Source: a virus
Direction: 5' to 3' (one strand)
IMG/VR virus record: IMGVR_UViG_3300010885_031189
Coordinates: 1 to 64,000 of that record
Length of the DNA: 64,000 nucleotides
In this document: one piece after another, positions 35,912-47,400 of the stretch
Layout of the letters: every line of letters begins with the position of its first letter
How positions within the stretch are numbered: position 1 is the first letter of the stretch
Position numbers and translations under genes: made by a program
The notes under the pieces: model-generated
The model's database searches: none
Told to the model about the DNA's origin: nothing
The model's input: only the letters and a program-made list of their open reading frames with translations

Positions 35912-36718
35912 TTACCCCTTCTTTAGGATAGCGACTTCATTCTTTAATTCCTTAATTGCTTCTATTAGTAATGGAATTAATCTTTCATATTGAACTGTTA
36001 AATATTTCTCATCAATTGGTGCTGGAACAACTATTTCTGGTAAAACTTCCATAACTTCTTGCGCACTAACTCCTACTTCAGGTTTAGCGACATATCCCAA
36101 ACTTTGTGCCAATTCATTTGCAGAGTAATGAAATCCATTTAGTTGACATACTTTATCTAATGCGTTTTCTATGTTACCAATACGATTTTTCAATCTGTCA
36201 TCCGAATAGTATGCCACTATATCATTTGTTGCTCTAATTTGTCCAGCTACACCGCTAGCTGCAGTACCGACACCTAAAGAAACAACTTGTGGATTGGAAG
36301 TGTATACTGGAATACCAGCACCACCACTAGTTAATAATTGTCCTACTGTTCCTGGACCAAAAAATCCAGTAGTATTCACTGATGTTTGATATGGAACCTG
36401 ACCAGTTGTGCCATTGGCTAAATTAGTTGATATTACAGGTACACTTAATGTAGACGATATTGTCACCCATGTAGTTGCATTACGATATTTTAAAGTATTG
36501 GTAGAAGAGTCATACCACAGTTGACCTTTTAAGGGTGTAGTAGGTGCATTAGTATCTGCAAAATTTTCCAATAAGTGGACAAAATTTTCGTTTAACACTT
36601 CGCCATATCCAGCGAAGTTTTTACCAATCAATGTTAGACTAGTGAAGTTATTATCGGATGTACCGTCTTCTACTGCTACTAATAGATTATTATTAGTCAA
36701 ATTTATGTTATATGCCAT
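35912..36718 (-). CDS. Tail fibre protein with C-terminal intramolecular chaperone (peptidase S74-like)
   Basis: YSDDRLKN.I..IENALDKV..LNG, VGVSAQEV..VLPE and YERLIPLLIEAIKEL motifs. Confidence 0.85.
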   Translation of the reverse strand: MAYNINLTNNNLLVAVEDGTSDNNFTSLTLIGKNFAGYGEVLNENFVHLLENFADTNAPTTPLKGQLWYDSSTNTLKYRNATTWVTISSTLSVPVISTNLANGTTGQVPYQTSVNTTGFFGPGTVGQLLTSGGAGIPVYTSNPQVVSLGVGTAASGVAGQIRATNDIVAYYSDDRLKNRIGNIENALDKVCQLNGFHYSANELAQSLGYVAKPEVGVSAQEVMEVLPEIVVPAPIDEKYLTVQYERLIPLLIEAIKELKNEVAILKKG

Positions 36719-36739
36719 GAGATTTAAATTCCTATAATA

Positions 36740-36747
36740 TATTTATC
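36740..36747 (-). promoter_or_regulatory. Late promoter-like GATAAATA
   Basis: Upstream of the gene starting at 36718. Confidence 0.55.
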
Positions 36748-36759
36748 GTAGACTATATG

Positions 36760-37389
36760 TCAAACTTGATTGGTTAGATTGGTTAGTGTTTGTATTCTAA
36801 CTGTATAATCAATTTGAATCAATCGGTTAAGACTTTTTTGTATTGGATGGAAAACCACATGTGTTAATAGTTTGCCGGTTCCTGGTCCGGCAGCACTCCA
36901 ACCCCTGAGTCCTAATTCATCAAATACAAAAGTACCATTAGTATTTGACCCATTATCAAACGCAAATTGACCAGTAGGCTCACCATAATTCAGCAAACAA
37001 CTAACTAATATATCAGTATATACTGTGCCGGGTACATGCCTTATAGACATATTATTTCTGATGGGATCAGGATTAAGATCACTTGTATCATCTATAATTT
37101 TATAGTATGTTGGATTATACAAATTTGAATTTTGCGTATTTACATTTGCAGGTAAATAATTTATAATACCAGTGGGATCAATTGCAGTTCCACCGTTACC
37201 GAAATGCATTTCATATAAGTAATTAGTTTTTTTATTTGCCAAATTATAAGCCAATGCTTGACTCATATTTTCAAAGTGAATAGCATTCTTTTTGTCAACT
37301 AATACTGAAGGATTTTCACTATCAGTCACATCTGTGATTTTAATAAAGCCTTGAATGATTGACTGTAATGATTCGTTGGACATTCCCAT
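36760..37389 (-). CDS. Baseplate/tail structural protein
   Basis: FGNGGT, FDELGL and LLTHVVFHPIQKSLNR.I.IDY motifs; located in the structural operon. Confidence 0.65.
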   Translation of the reverse strand: MGMSNESLQSIIQGFIKITDVTDSENPSVLVDKKNAIHFENMSQALAYNLANKKTNYLYEMHFGNGGTAIDPTGIINYLPANVNTQNSNLYNPTYYKIIDDTSDLNPDPIRNNMSIRHVPGTVYTDILVSCLLNYGEPTGQFAFDNGSNTNGTFVFDELGLRGWSAAGPGTGKLLTHVVFHPIQKSLNRLIQIDYTVRIQTLTNLTNQV

Positions 37390-37409
37390 TTCTACCCTTT
37401 AAATATTAA

Positions 37410-37565
37410 TTATGCACGACTTTGAATCAAAATTTCTCCAGATGCTGGATCAAAAATTTTAATAAAACCTTGCACTGATATCCCGCTATTTTCATCTGGC
37501 ATACTTTCACTATCCTCTAGTTCGGTAACCTCGGTTGAATCAGTGCTATGTTCATTATTTATCAT
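37410..37565 (-). CDS. 51-aa protein (not in ORF track)
   Basis: MINNEH...MPDENSGISVQGFIKIFDPASGEILIQSRA; fills the gap between two structural genes. Confidence 0.6.
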   Translation of the reverse strand: MINNEHSTDSTEVTELEDSESMPDENSGISVQGFIKIFDPASGEILIQSRA

Positions 37566-37584
37566 ATAATATAACTCTATTTAG

Positions 37585-40500
37585 TTAGTAGATGTATGGT
37601 GCTACAATTGATGGTTCTGTAATGGCCTGTTGCACACTAATATCCTCAACTGGTGTCCCAGCATCATATAGATCACCTACTGAGGTACCACCACATCCTC
37701 TTGTTAATTGACCTAATACAGCACCAGACTTGGTATAATACTGTATTCTTTCACCATCAATGTATACTATACCAGGAATTAATCCTGGGGCATTCGGAGT
37801 AGGCAATGTAGTACCATCTGTGACCGTGATAATTGAATCAGTGATATGTAATGGTTCAGCTAATGTGGTTATGTTAGCATGTGTAATATTAGTGTAGAAT
37901 ATTTCTTCATTTATATCAACAAACATTCTAAATCCCATAGTACCGGTCAATGATGATAGTACTGCTATTGATACTGAATCATACATAGTTCCAGGAATAT
38001 GTTCGTCAGGCGAATGAGAATATAATTGGTTAATGAATGTTCCACCAGAAACAATAATATTAGCAGTAGAAATTCCATTTATACTACTGAATAATCCACC
38101 AAATATAGTACTATCGTCTGGAACTTGATCATCACTATCTGCTGATGAATCTACTTCAATTCCTGGAACTAATGATGTTAATACTCTAGGTGGCATACTA
38201 CTCGTAGGTTGATAACATGCCATAATTCTATCATTTGCATTATCAAAAGAACCAGAATCAACTAACTTGAATATGCCAAAGTCAAATCGGCCCGATCCAG
38301 GAGCGTCTATTGAATTAATATATCCCTGTCCCTTATATTGAACAAGTGTATTTGGAGGGTATGATTGTTCAAAAATGTCACTGTCATATAGAGAAGAATC
38401 AAATCCACCCTTTACCCAATCAACAACGCGGCTGGTGTATGAAATACGATCAAATTTTATTGTTGATTTTACTTTACGAGTTTTTATATTTGTTAATATT
38501 GGTACTGCTTGTGCCCAACGAGAGACAGGAATGTCCATCAATCCCATATAATCTCTATCAGTAATATCTCTACTTGCTTCATCATATGAATCGTATTCTT
38601 CAGGTAGAATGTCATACCCTAAGTTAACAATTGATTGTTCTGGTACAATTCTAGTTACTATTAATTGCCCTCTATACATGTAAAAATCAAACTCGCATAC
38701 TGCGATTGTACTAAGATCATCTGCTCCATTGTATATCTCAAGCCCTTTTCCTTCACCTGAAGTTGGTCTTCCTACTAAAATATATGATGATCTACGTTTA
38801 AATAGTAATTGAGCACCAAATCTTTCAGAACTAGCTCCACATCTATACATTGCTTCTTGAAGTGCAGTATCAAATATATTTAATTGAGGTTCATCATCCG
38901 TTTGTACAATAACAATGTAATCTTTGCTAGTATTATTGAGATCCGCGGTTAACTCAGCAACTTTGCTTACATCACCATATATATCATATGTTTTACTGAA
39001 TGCTAAATCTAATACACCATTATATATTCTAATACGATGTAATGTATAACTACGGGTAGCTGAATATATCAAACTTCCAGTTTCACCATCATATAATCCA
39101 GAAGCAAGAGTTCCAGTAATATCATTATAACCTCTTGATATGACTTTATATTTTATTGGTACAGTGACTGGAGTTACTCCTGTCCCAGATATTTTCACCA
39201 ATGGTGTACTAGTATACCCACTGCCTTGATTTGTGATGTAAATTTTTTGTATGCTACCATTTGATGAATTTATAGTAGCATATGCTTTAGCTCCTGAACC
39301 ATTACCATCAGTACTAATTATAGAAATGTCAGGCGATGTTATATAACCATATCCAGGAGATACTAATTCTATACTGCCTACTCCGTAAGTATGATGATTT
39401 TTCCAATCAACATATTTTGGTTTATTAAATAAGATAGCATCTTTGTTTACATATTCACCATTTGGGCTCCTGTATACATTCAAATCTGAATCGTAATATG
39501 CAGGTAAATCAAAGTCCGATATTGCAATAGGAGCATTTTCTAGTCCATAATGACTGATTATGTATTCACGGATCTTAGTTCTGTATGGCTTGATTTCATT
39601 GATATAATCAAGATAGTTATCCCATTTATCTTTGCTGTAGCTAGATGGTTGTAGTAATCCATCAATTTCTTGTTTTAATGAAATAAAGCTAGTTTTAAAT
39701 GCCCAGTCTATTGTCTGTTGCTCCGCTATAATACAATAAATCAACACAAATATCAATTTGTTGTATTCCTCCAATAATTCATCAACAAACAGGTCTTCTG
39801 CCAATCCTGATAATATATATCTAAACTCAATAAAAGAATTTCTATCAAAATAATCTACGTCAATAGTGTCAGAGTCAAATCCACTTGTCTTCCATAAATC
39901 TTGACTTAATTCAATCGTTCCATTTTCAAGACCTATTAAGCTGCGTGTATCAGCAGAAGAATACAAGTATATTTCAAATTTACCTTGCTCATTGGTTGTT
40001 ATTTTTACTATATCCCCTGCCTTAAGAGTAAGTTTATATACATCTTTTTCTAATTTCACATTATAGTTAATTTTAGTAGTATTACTGTATCCAGTGGCAT
40101 ACCAATTAACAAATTTCCAATACTTGGTCACATCAAATGCTTGAATAGTATTAAATACCCAGACCTTAACTGAATTTATTTCAGTTAATTTATATAATAC
40201 CCAATATCCATCATGTGTGCTATCACTTTTAACTAATATTATATAACCAGGACTCTTTAAACTTATGCTTATTAGGTCCAAATCTTCCTTAGTATCTACT
40301 ACTTCATCATATTTTGACTCTGCTGGAAAAGGAGCCATTGCATATAAATTATCTGATAAGGTCAAATAATTATTAATCAATTTATTTGTAACCGGATGCT
40401 GTATTAATATAGAATTTATATAATCAACTATTTTCTCAACCATAGCTAACCTGTTAATTATTAAGGTTTGTCTAGGGCGAATACTTAATCCAAGTTTGTT

Positions 40501-41391
40501 ACCAGCAGATAATTTAAAATCTGGAACTAAATTTAAAGTTGAATCTGCTCCAATTAAACTGTCTAATAGCTTTTTAATTATACGAGGCGGTACTAATCTC
40601 TTATCATTGTTTTCTTGTACTAGTTCATATTCACTATGGATAATATTTTCATTCAATGAAGTTTGATATCCTATATACAACGCAGTATCTGACTCTGATA
40701 GATATTTCCCTATGTTATATAACGATACACTATTGTCTTTCAATATGGCAGCGTATGGAATACCTTGAGTTTTTGGATTAGATATCATATCTTCCAATGT
40801 AACTACACTATGGGTTTTCGTTGGGTCTATCTTTGTATTCTTTGCTCGTACCCAATAATAATACTTACTGCTAATTACACCAGTAACTTCATTTACATAT
40901 GCTAACTCAACATACGCACTATCATCTTGATACTTTGGTATTCCATTTAAGTCAGCTTCAACATATTCTGAAGGCAATACCTCGGCCGATATCCACTCAT
41001 ATACCTCAATTGTACTACCGGGAAATAATCTACCCCAATTACTTATTCTATATGCGAGCGAGTCTTGCTCGTAATCAAAATATCTTACATTATCTAAATC
41101 CCACCAGGTCTTGCCCAATTGCAGGTCACCCCAATGGAATTCCAGGTCAATTGGCAATGTATCAGAAGTTCCAATGTTATACTTTGCAGGATCAAAATTT
41201 GTTATGTAATCTAAATCCTGTTGCGCTGTGCCTAGTATCTTTCCTTTATTTGGATCAATATAATCTAGCTTAGTAAGTAATGAATTGCTTTTTACATCAT
41301 ACAAGTATAATCCAGTGACACTGTTTAAATCAACAATGGTATCTTGATTTTTAACAGTTTTCCATCCAGAAGGAAGAGGTGTAGTTGTCAT
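37585..41391 (-). CDS. Large baseplate wedge/structural protein with an ILEI-like lectin domain
   Basis: 1268 aa; YINEIKPYRTKIRE motif, GSGYTSTP repeats, ILEI-like segment at about 38760-39120. Confidence 0.65.
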   Translation of the reverse strand: MTTTPLPSGWKTVKNQDTIVDLNSVTGLYLYDVKSNSLLTKLDYIDPNKGKILGTAQQDLDYITNFDPAKYNIGTSDTLPIDLEFHWGDLQLGKTWWDLDNVRYFDYEQDSLAYRISNWGRLFPGSTIEVYEWISAEVLPSEYVEADLNGIPKYQDDSAYVELAYVNEVTGVISSKYYYWVRAKNTKIDPTKTHSVVTLEDMISNPKTQGIPYAAILKDNSVSLYNIGKYLSESDTALYIGYQTSLNENIIHSEYELVQENNDKRLVPPRIIKKLLDSLIGADSTLNLVPDFKLSAGNKLGLSIRPRQTLIINRLAMVEKIVDYINSILIQHPVTNKLINNYLTLSDNLYAMAPFPAESKYDEVVDTKEDLDLISISLKSPGYIILVKSDSTHDGYWVLYKLTEINSVKVWVFNTIQAFDVTKYWKFVNWYATGYSNTTKINYNVKLEKDVYKLTLKAGDIVKITTNEQGKFEIYLYSSADTRSLIGLENGTIELSQDLWKTSGFDSDTIDVDYFDRNSFIEFRYILSGLAEDLFVDELLEEYNKLIFVLIYCIIAEQQTIDWAFKTSFISLKQEIDGLLQPSSYSKDKWDNYLDYINEIKPYRTKIREYIISHYGLENAPIAISDFDLPAYYDSDLNVYRSPNGEYVNKDAILFNKPKYVDWKNHHTYGVGSIELVSPGYGYITSPDISIISTDGNGSGAKAYATINSSNGSIQKIYITNQGSGYTSTPLVKISGTGVTPVTVPIKYKVISRGYNDITGTLASGLYDGETGSLIYSATRSYTLHRIRIYNGVLDLAFSKTYDIYGDVSKVAELTADLNNTSKDYIVIVQTDDEPQLNIFDTALQEAMYRCGASSERFGAQLLFKRRSSYILVGRPTSGEGKGLEIYNGADDLSTIAVCEFDFYMYRGQLIVTRIVPEQSIVNLGYDILPEEYDSYDEASRDITDRDYMGLMDIPVSRWAQAVPILTNIKTRKVKSTIKFDRISYTSRVVDWVKGGFDSSLYDSDIFEQSYPPNTLVQYKGQGYINSIDAPGSGRFDFGIFKLVDSGSFDNANDRIMACYQPTSSMPPRVLTSLVPGIEVDSSADSDDQVPDDSTIFGGLFSSINGISTANIIVSGGTFINQLYSHSPDEHIPGTMYDSVSIAVLSSLTGTMGFRMFVDINEEIFYTNITHANITTLAEPLHITDSIITVTDGTTLPTPNAPGLIPGIVYIDGERIQYYTKSGAVLGQLTRGCGGTSVGDLYDAGTPVEDISVQQAITEPSIVAPYIY

Positions 41392-41397
41392 AATATG

Positions 41398-41405
41398 TAT
41401 TTATC
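41398..41405 (-). promoter_or_regulatory. Late promoter-like GATAAATA
   Basis: In the 20-nt gap between the two giant structural genes. Confidence 0.55.
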
Positions 41406-41411
41406 CTTGTA

Positions 41412-44400
41412 TTAGATAGAATTATTACTAGTAGCACGCTTAGGAAGCGTAATATTATTTGGATTATATACTATAGCTTCCCACTGTCCATCTTGATTTT
41501 TATCTACCCATGCCATATCTCCAACTCTCCAACCATTTTTTGGTGGTGAACTAGTTACTTGACTGATAGTTGAGTACCTCATTCTGGTAAGATCAAATAA
41601 ATCTCCACTGCCCTCTATTGGATTTGTTCTTATTAAATTTACTAGAATTGAGTCAATTGCTACAATAACGGAAGTAGTACTTTCAACTACAAGAACTTGA
41701 TAAAAATTATCAAAATTGGCATCTAAACCGCTAAAAGCAAAAACATCACGCACTGCTAATCCATGTGCCGCACTCATAGTAACTGTAATCTTATTATCCA
41801 ACGCATAATCAAGTTTAGTTACAGTGTGTGGTACTTCTGTAACACGATAAACTTGCCAATCGTCATTGAAATCTTTTGCCACCCAAATTCTATAACCAGT
41901 TACAATATTAGGTAATATTGCTGATAGGGCAGCATAATTGGTCATATCAAATAACAAAGAATCAACATCATTTATATTAACATATCCTGCAGATTTTATA
42001 TCATCTTCATAATATCGGGTTGGTTCCCTGTTTAAAAATACAGATGGCTCATATTTCAACGGACTATTCAATAAATTCAACGGACGCACTATATTAACCA
42101 AATCAACACTCGTATCATTTTTGCCCAATAGTGATAATGATGATGGATTTGCTTTATATTGTGTTTCATCTAATCGTACACTGATGCTTTGGTTAGCATC
42201 TATTGCACCATATTCTCCGACACGCATTGCCCATTCTTCAAATGTAATTAAATTAGTTTGTTGCTTATTGAATTGGCTCTTTGCTAATGCAGATATTGCA
42301 TTCTGTGTTCCCTTTTCTCTAATATATCCTTGGTAGAATTTACTTTGAGTGGTTTGATTCATACCAATGTCTTCAAGATATGACCTACTTCTATACCCTA
42401 TTAATCCTTTACTAAAGGTATCAAAATTTTCATCCAATTGCTGATTATCAATATTATATATGTCAGCAAGTTTAAGTGCATTATTAGAAAAGTTTGGTAG
42501 TAATCCAGATGTTAATGCTCTATCCAATTGACTCCAATAATTAAAGTCAAATGAGTCAGCAGCAACCATATCTTGTAATGCAGTATATGATATCTTTTTA
42601 TAGGAAACAATATCTCCTTTTTTATAATCAGTGGTAGGTGACCAATTAGTAGTTACTGAATTATTATAAATAAATCCTGCTGGCGAAAGTTCACCATTCC
42701 AATTGGAAGTTTTACTTCCGGTAATCCGTAATCTATGTTGTCTGTTTCCTAATTCTGGCTTGTAAATTACATCATTGAATACTGTAACATTATCAAATAT
42801 TAATGTATGGTCATATTGAACTAATGTAATTTCGGCAAATGCTATGGTTTGTCCATATATAGCATTAATAGTTGTTACTACTGAATCTCTCACTATATCT
42901 AATGCAGTATTTTTTATAACTTCAAAATTTGGATTCAAAATTCTTGATTCATTTGGACGATTGCCAATCATATCAACCACTGAATCTGTACTAGTAAATT
43001 TCAACTCGCTACCCACTGGGCTTAATACTAAAATATTACCAGATTTCCATCCCTGTAATGTCCAGGTTAGAAATTCTTCAGCAGCAAGTACCCAATCTTG
43101 TGTCTTTCCTAAATCTGAATTGTAATTCTCAAACACAAATCCCTGTGCTATTAATATTCTCTGATAACTTACCAAAAAGTCTACAATCTGTTGTTTGTTC
43201 TTAAACTCGTATCCATACGGTACTGTAATTTTTTTATTCTGATAATCGTTATATATAACACCTCGGGTGTTTAATACTTGAATTGCATATGAACTTCCAG
43301 TAGATTGACTTGGTATTATAGTAAAATATGGTGTTTTTAAATTATAACCACTTACTGTATACCCTGAATCTGTTTTTTCTACTATTACCGCACTATAATT
43401 AATTCTTCTAATGGGAACACTCTTATTGAGATGAACCATATAATTTTCATCTGGAATAATAGTTGATTCATTTGTACTATTAGGACTATACTGATCTGCT
43501 AATACAGTGATATATTTCTTATCAGTGAATCCTGCCATTTTATGACTTAATTTTACATCTAATGCACTAAGGTAAGTTCTTACTTTTGTTGGACCGATCA
43601 TTCCAAAACTAGTAATGTAATCGGATACCCAATTTATATAACCACTTGCCCTGGTTATATTACCGTTTACTGATTCACCATTAATAACTATACTGGTAGG
43701 TGTAACTTTTTTGTTGGTTGAGTTAACTGTAAATTGTCCTATATTCACTCTTGGTGTATATCTAGATGTATCTACTAATGTACCAAAATAGACAGCCGGT
43801 TTAAGTAGTGCAATAGTTCGTTGCATTGCATATGCAAATTCACTAGTTCTTCTCCATGCTGATTCAACTGGACCTTGATCACCTATTGAGAAAGTATAAT
43901 TTAATGTGGCACTATCAAATTTACTTAATAATTGGGTAGGGTCAATTAAATTACCAGACGCATCTACTGGTAAAAAAGTGGATAAATTTGGACGAGCATA
44001 TAGCGGATTGTAACTATCTGTTACATAATTGTATCCATCTTCCAAGTCAAGCCATAGATTCAACAATCCTGAGGTGTATGGTGCTGCACCATATCTTGCT
44101 TCCCATCCTGAAGGTTTTTCTGAGAATCCAATCATTTCCCACGGATGAGTGTGAGGGCGATCAGTATCGTAAAAATACTTATATATACCTCTCCAATAAC
44201 CAATCATTGGTTGTCCATCAATATCTAAACATCTATTATAATTCCAACTAAATTCATTATTTGATTGGAAATAAGGATTACCACTATAATCTATCTTGTT
44301 ACCACCAATCCATTTCAAAAATTCAGAATTTAATACTGAATTGAATTCTGTTAATGAATATTCAGTAGTACGGAACTTGCCCGGAGTATAAGAAGCAATA

Positions 44401-47400
44401 TCAATTAGCTCAGTTTTATACTCTGCTTTTATATTATTGTAAATTCTACGCTCTAACTCAAGCAAATATACATCTCTCAAATCACCAAATGCTGGGGTTA
44501 AGCTACCATCATGACCTTGAATTACTGCAATCTCAGTTTGATATGTGTTGTCCATGTATATCTCTGGCATATATTTTGGATACAACCCTAACTTAGTTGG
44601 AGTTTCTGGAACACAATTGCCGTCAGTGCGATACTCTCTTATTTCTAATATTCCATCAACTGCCAATTCTACTGCATCAGTGATTTTTAATGAAGCTACC
44701 ACAATATTAAATATATAGTCTCGGTTAACCATCAGTTGCTGTCCATTGTAATATACAATAATTGCACGATTGCTTAATTCGGTGATACTATATAATGAAT
44801 GTAAAGCATACCCGGTTGAATATAAATTATCTGTTACATTTGTATTTTCAATACGATGACTTAATGTTGTATAATTATCACCTGAGGGTAACATATCACT
44901 ATAGTACCAGGAAAAACTACCATTCTTAACAGCATTTATTATTGACACAACTGCGTCTACACCTGCTACTGGATTAGCTGGATTTAGATCAGGTAGTGTG
45001 ACACATAATTCTAAAAATTTATTCTTAAATTTAGTGTATTCTCTGCGAGCCAAATCTATTGCATTAATGAAATTAAGATTTGAATCAATCAGGAATAAAG
45101 ATGAATACATTACTGGAGCAGAATTTTGAAGTATACTACCATTTCTATTTCTGTAATAATAATTTTTTAAAGTCTGTCCTTCAGATAACAGAGTATTTTG
45201 ACTAATATGTAATAGATGATTTCTCATCTGGCCTAATGTGACTGCTGACAATGATATATTTTTGCTATTAGCGTCTAGGTTAGTTGGAATTTGATAATAG
45301 CCTAATTTACTTACTGGTTCTCCATAAATTAATATATCAATTGTATCACCAATAGTTAGATACCCAGTATTAAACTTTACGGTATTTTTTACACCGACCG
45401 GTAACTTAGAAAAATTGGTAGTAATAAGTTTATTATTAACAAATACCTTAAAGTTAGATACATAGGCTGATGATACTTCAAGCACATCATATTCAAAATA
45501 ATTAGTTGCACCTGTATATGTGTGAGTGATCAGTTGGTACTGTTTACTTTTCTCTAATACTGTTGTCCATACTATTTTGTCACTATACTGAGTAAAGTTA
45601 AAGGCATTAAATTTAACTAAATCTGTGAATAAATTTTGACGTAAAAATCCGTTAGATATTGGAAAGGTTAGATTGCTTTTATTAACAGTGTACGTAAAAT
45701 CCTCATTGTCAAAATTATTTTTGAAGTTAATATCGCCGATAGAATTACCAACACTGGTATAACTTAATGGTAAGTTTAGTATTGGATCAACTGTTCCTGT
45801 TCCTTCAAGGAAAGAGAATATTCTAGTACCACTAAAAGTACTGTTGACATAAGTATTTTTATCAGCCAAACTAATATCATTTGCATCAATCACATCAAAT
45901 AATGGCGGCTGATTTATTGTTGTTTTAATCTGTGACTTCTGCCAAAATCCAACGGTTGGATCATTGGTTAAACTTAAACTGTTATACCAATGAGTAATCT
46001 TGGCATTAGTACCACTCAATGCCAATACTGTACTGTACTTATATGCGATTGGTAAATCAGTTGCAGCTAGTATAACTCTTGCATGATTAAATGCAAAAGT
46101 AATGGTATCTTCAGATGCTGGTGCAACCTGTTCAATATGTAATATTGTATTTGAATATATACGTTTAACTTTGCCAATATAATCAACCCGAGGAGTGTCA
46201 AAAGAATCAGTATCATTAGAAGTTTGGTCATACCCAGTGTTGGTGTATAAATGTGCTCCCTTTTTAAATTCAGTTAGAAAATTAGTACCTATACCAGTGA
46301 CAATAAAAGAACCTGCGGTTGTTGTTATTTCCCCAGTAACTCCCTCATCAGTACTATCAAAAAATGTTGCACCACTTTGATCAGTGTATTGAATTTCGTA
46401 TATTTGTCTTCTAACGGATGAACTTATGTCATTTGAAAAAATAATAGTTTGAAATTCTTCTACTACTAGTCCTAATCCTGCCAAAACATTAATTGAAACA
46501 TTATTAACTTGTGTTGATGCATTTGTTATGACTTCATCAAATAGGTCAACATTTGGTAGTGGTACTCTACCATTGTTAAACAACTGTAGATCCTGGTCAA
46601 ATTCAATAATAGGTCTGTTTGCCCGTTGGTATTGGTCAAACATTGGTATTTTGCCTAAGTAATCAGCAGTCGCAGTAATTACATCAATGTGGAACCATCT
46701 ATTTGCACGACTCCAGGCATTCAGATCAGTACATGCACGATTTATTACTATATAATCTGGTATCAATGAAGACTGAATTGGTTCATCATAATTACCTATA
46801 TCATAATTCATGATATCAAATGGAACATTACTATCGTCCGGTAATATTTCAACTGCCAATAAGGTATCTACATTCACTAATGAAATGCCAGTACCGACCC
46901 CTTCTACTATATAAGTTTTTGGCACGACAGGTAGTGTCGTAGGATCATCTGACCAATATGATTGTGGAATCACTGTATTGTCAAATGATATTCTTAGTCC
47001 ATTTGTAAATACGACACCATTGGGACTGGTATATGCGAGTTCACCAATAATACCAGTATTAATATTAATAGGTCCGTATGAATTTACTACTTGCGCAGCG
47101 TCTATAATATTAATGGTTTTAATTTGAGCACTGTTATTGGCATTTTGTAAATACAAAGCAGACAATGGAGCAGTAATATCTGGAGACAATGTTATTGTCC
47201 CACTTGAATTTTTAAAAAACTCATAGCCACCTTGAGTTTCACCATCATTAATACGCACCCGATTTCCAATTGGAAAATCTCTTACTTTTGTTAGAGTTAC
47301 TATTTCAGTATCATCAATGTTTATTTGCCAAATATCATACCGATCATCTACCGGAACAATTGTGGAAGTTGATGTAGTCCAATCTGCACCTGATGTACTA

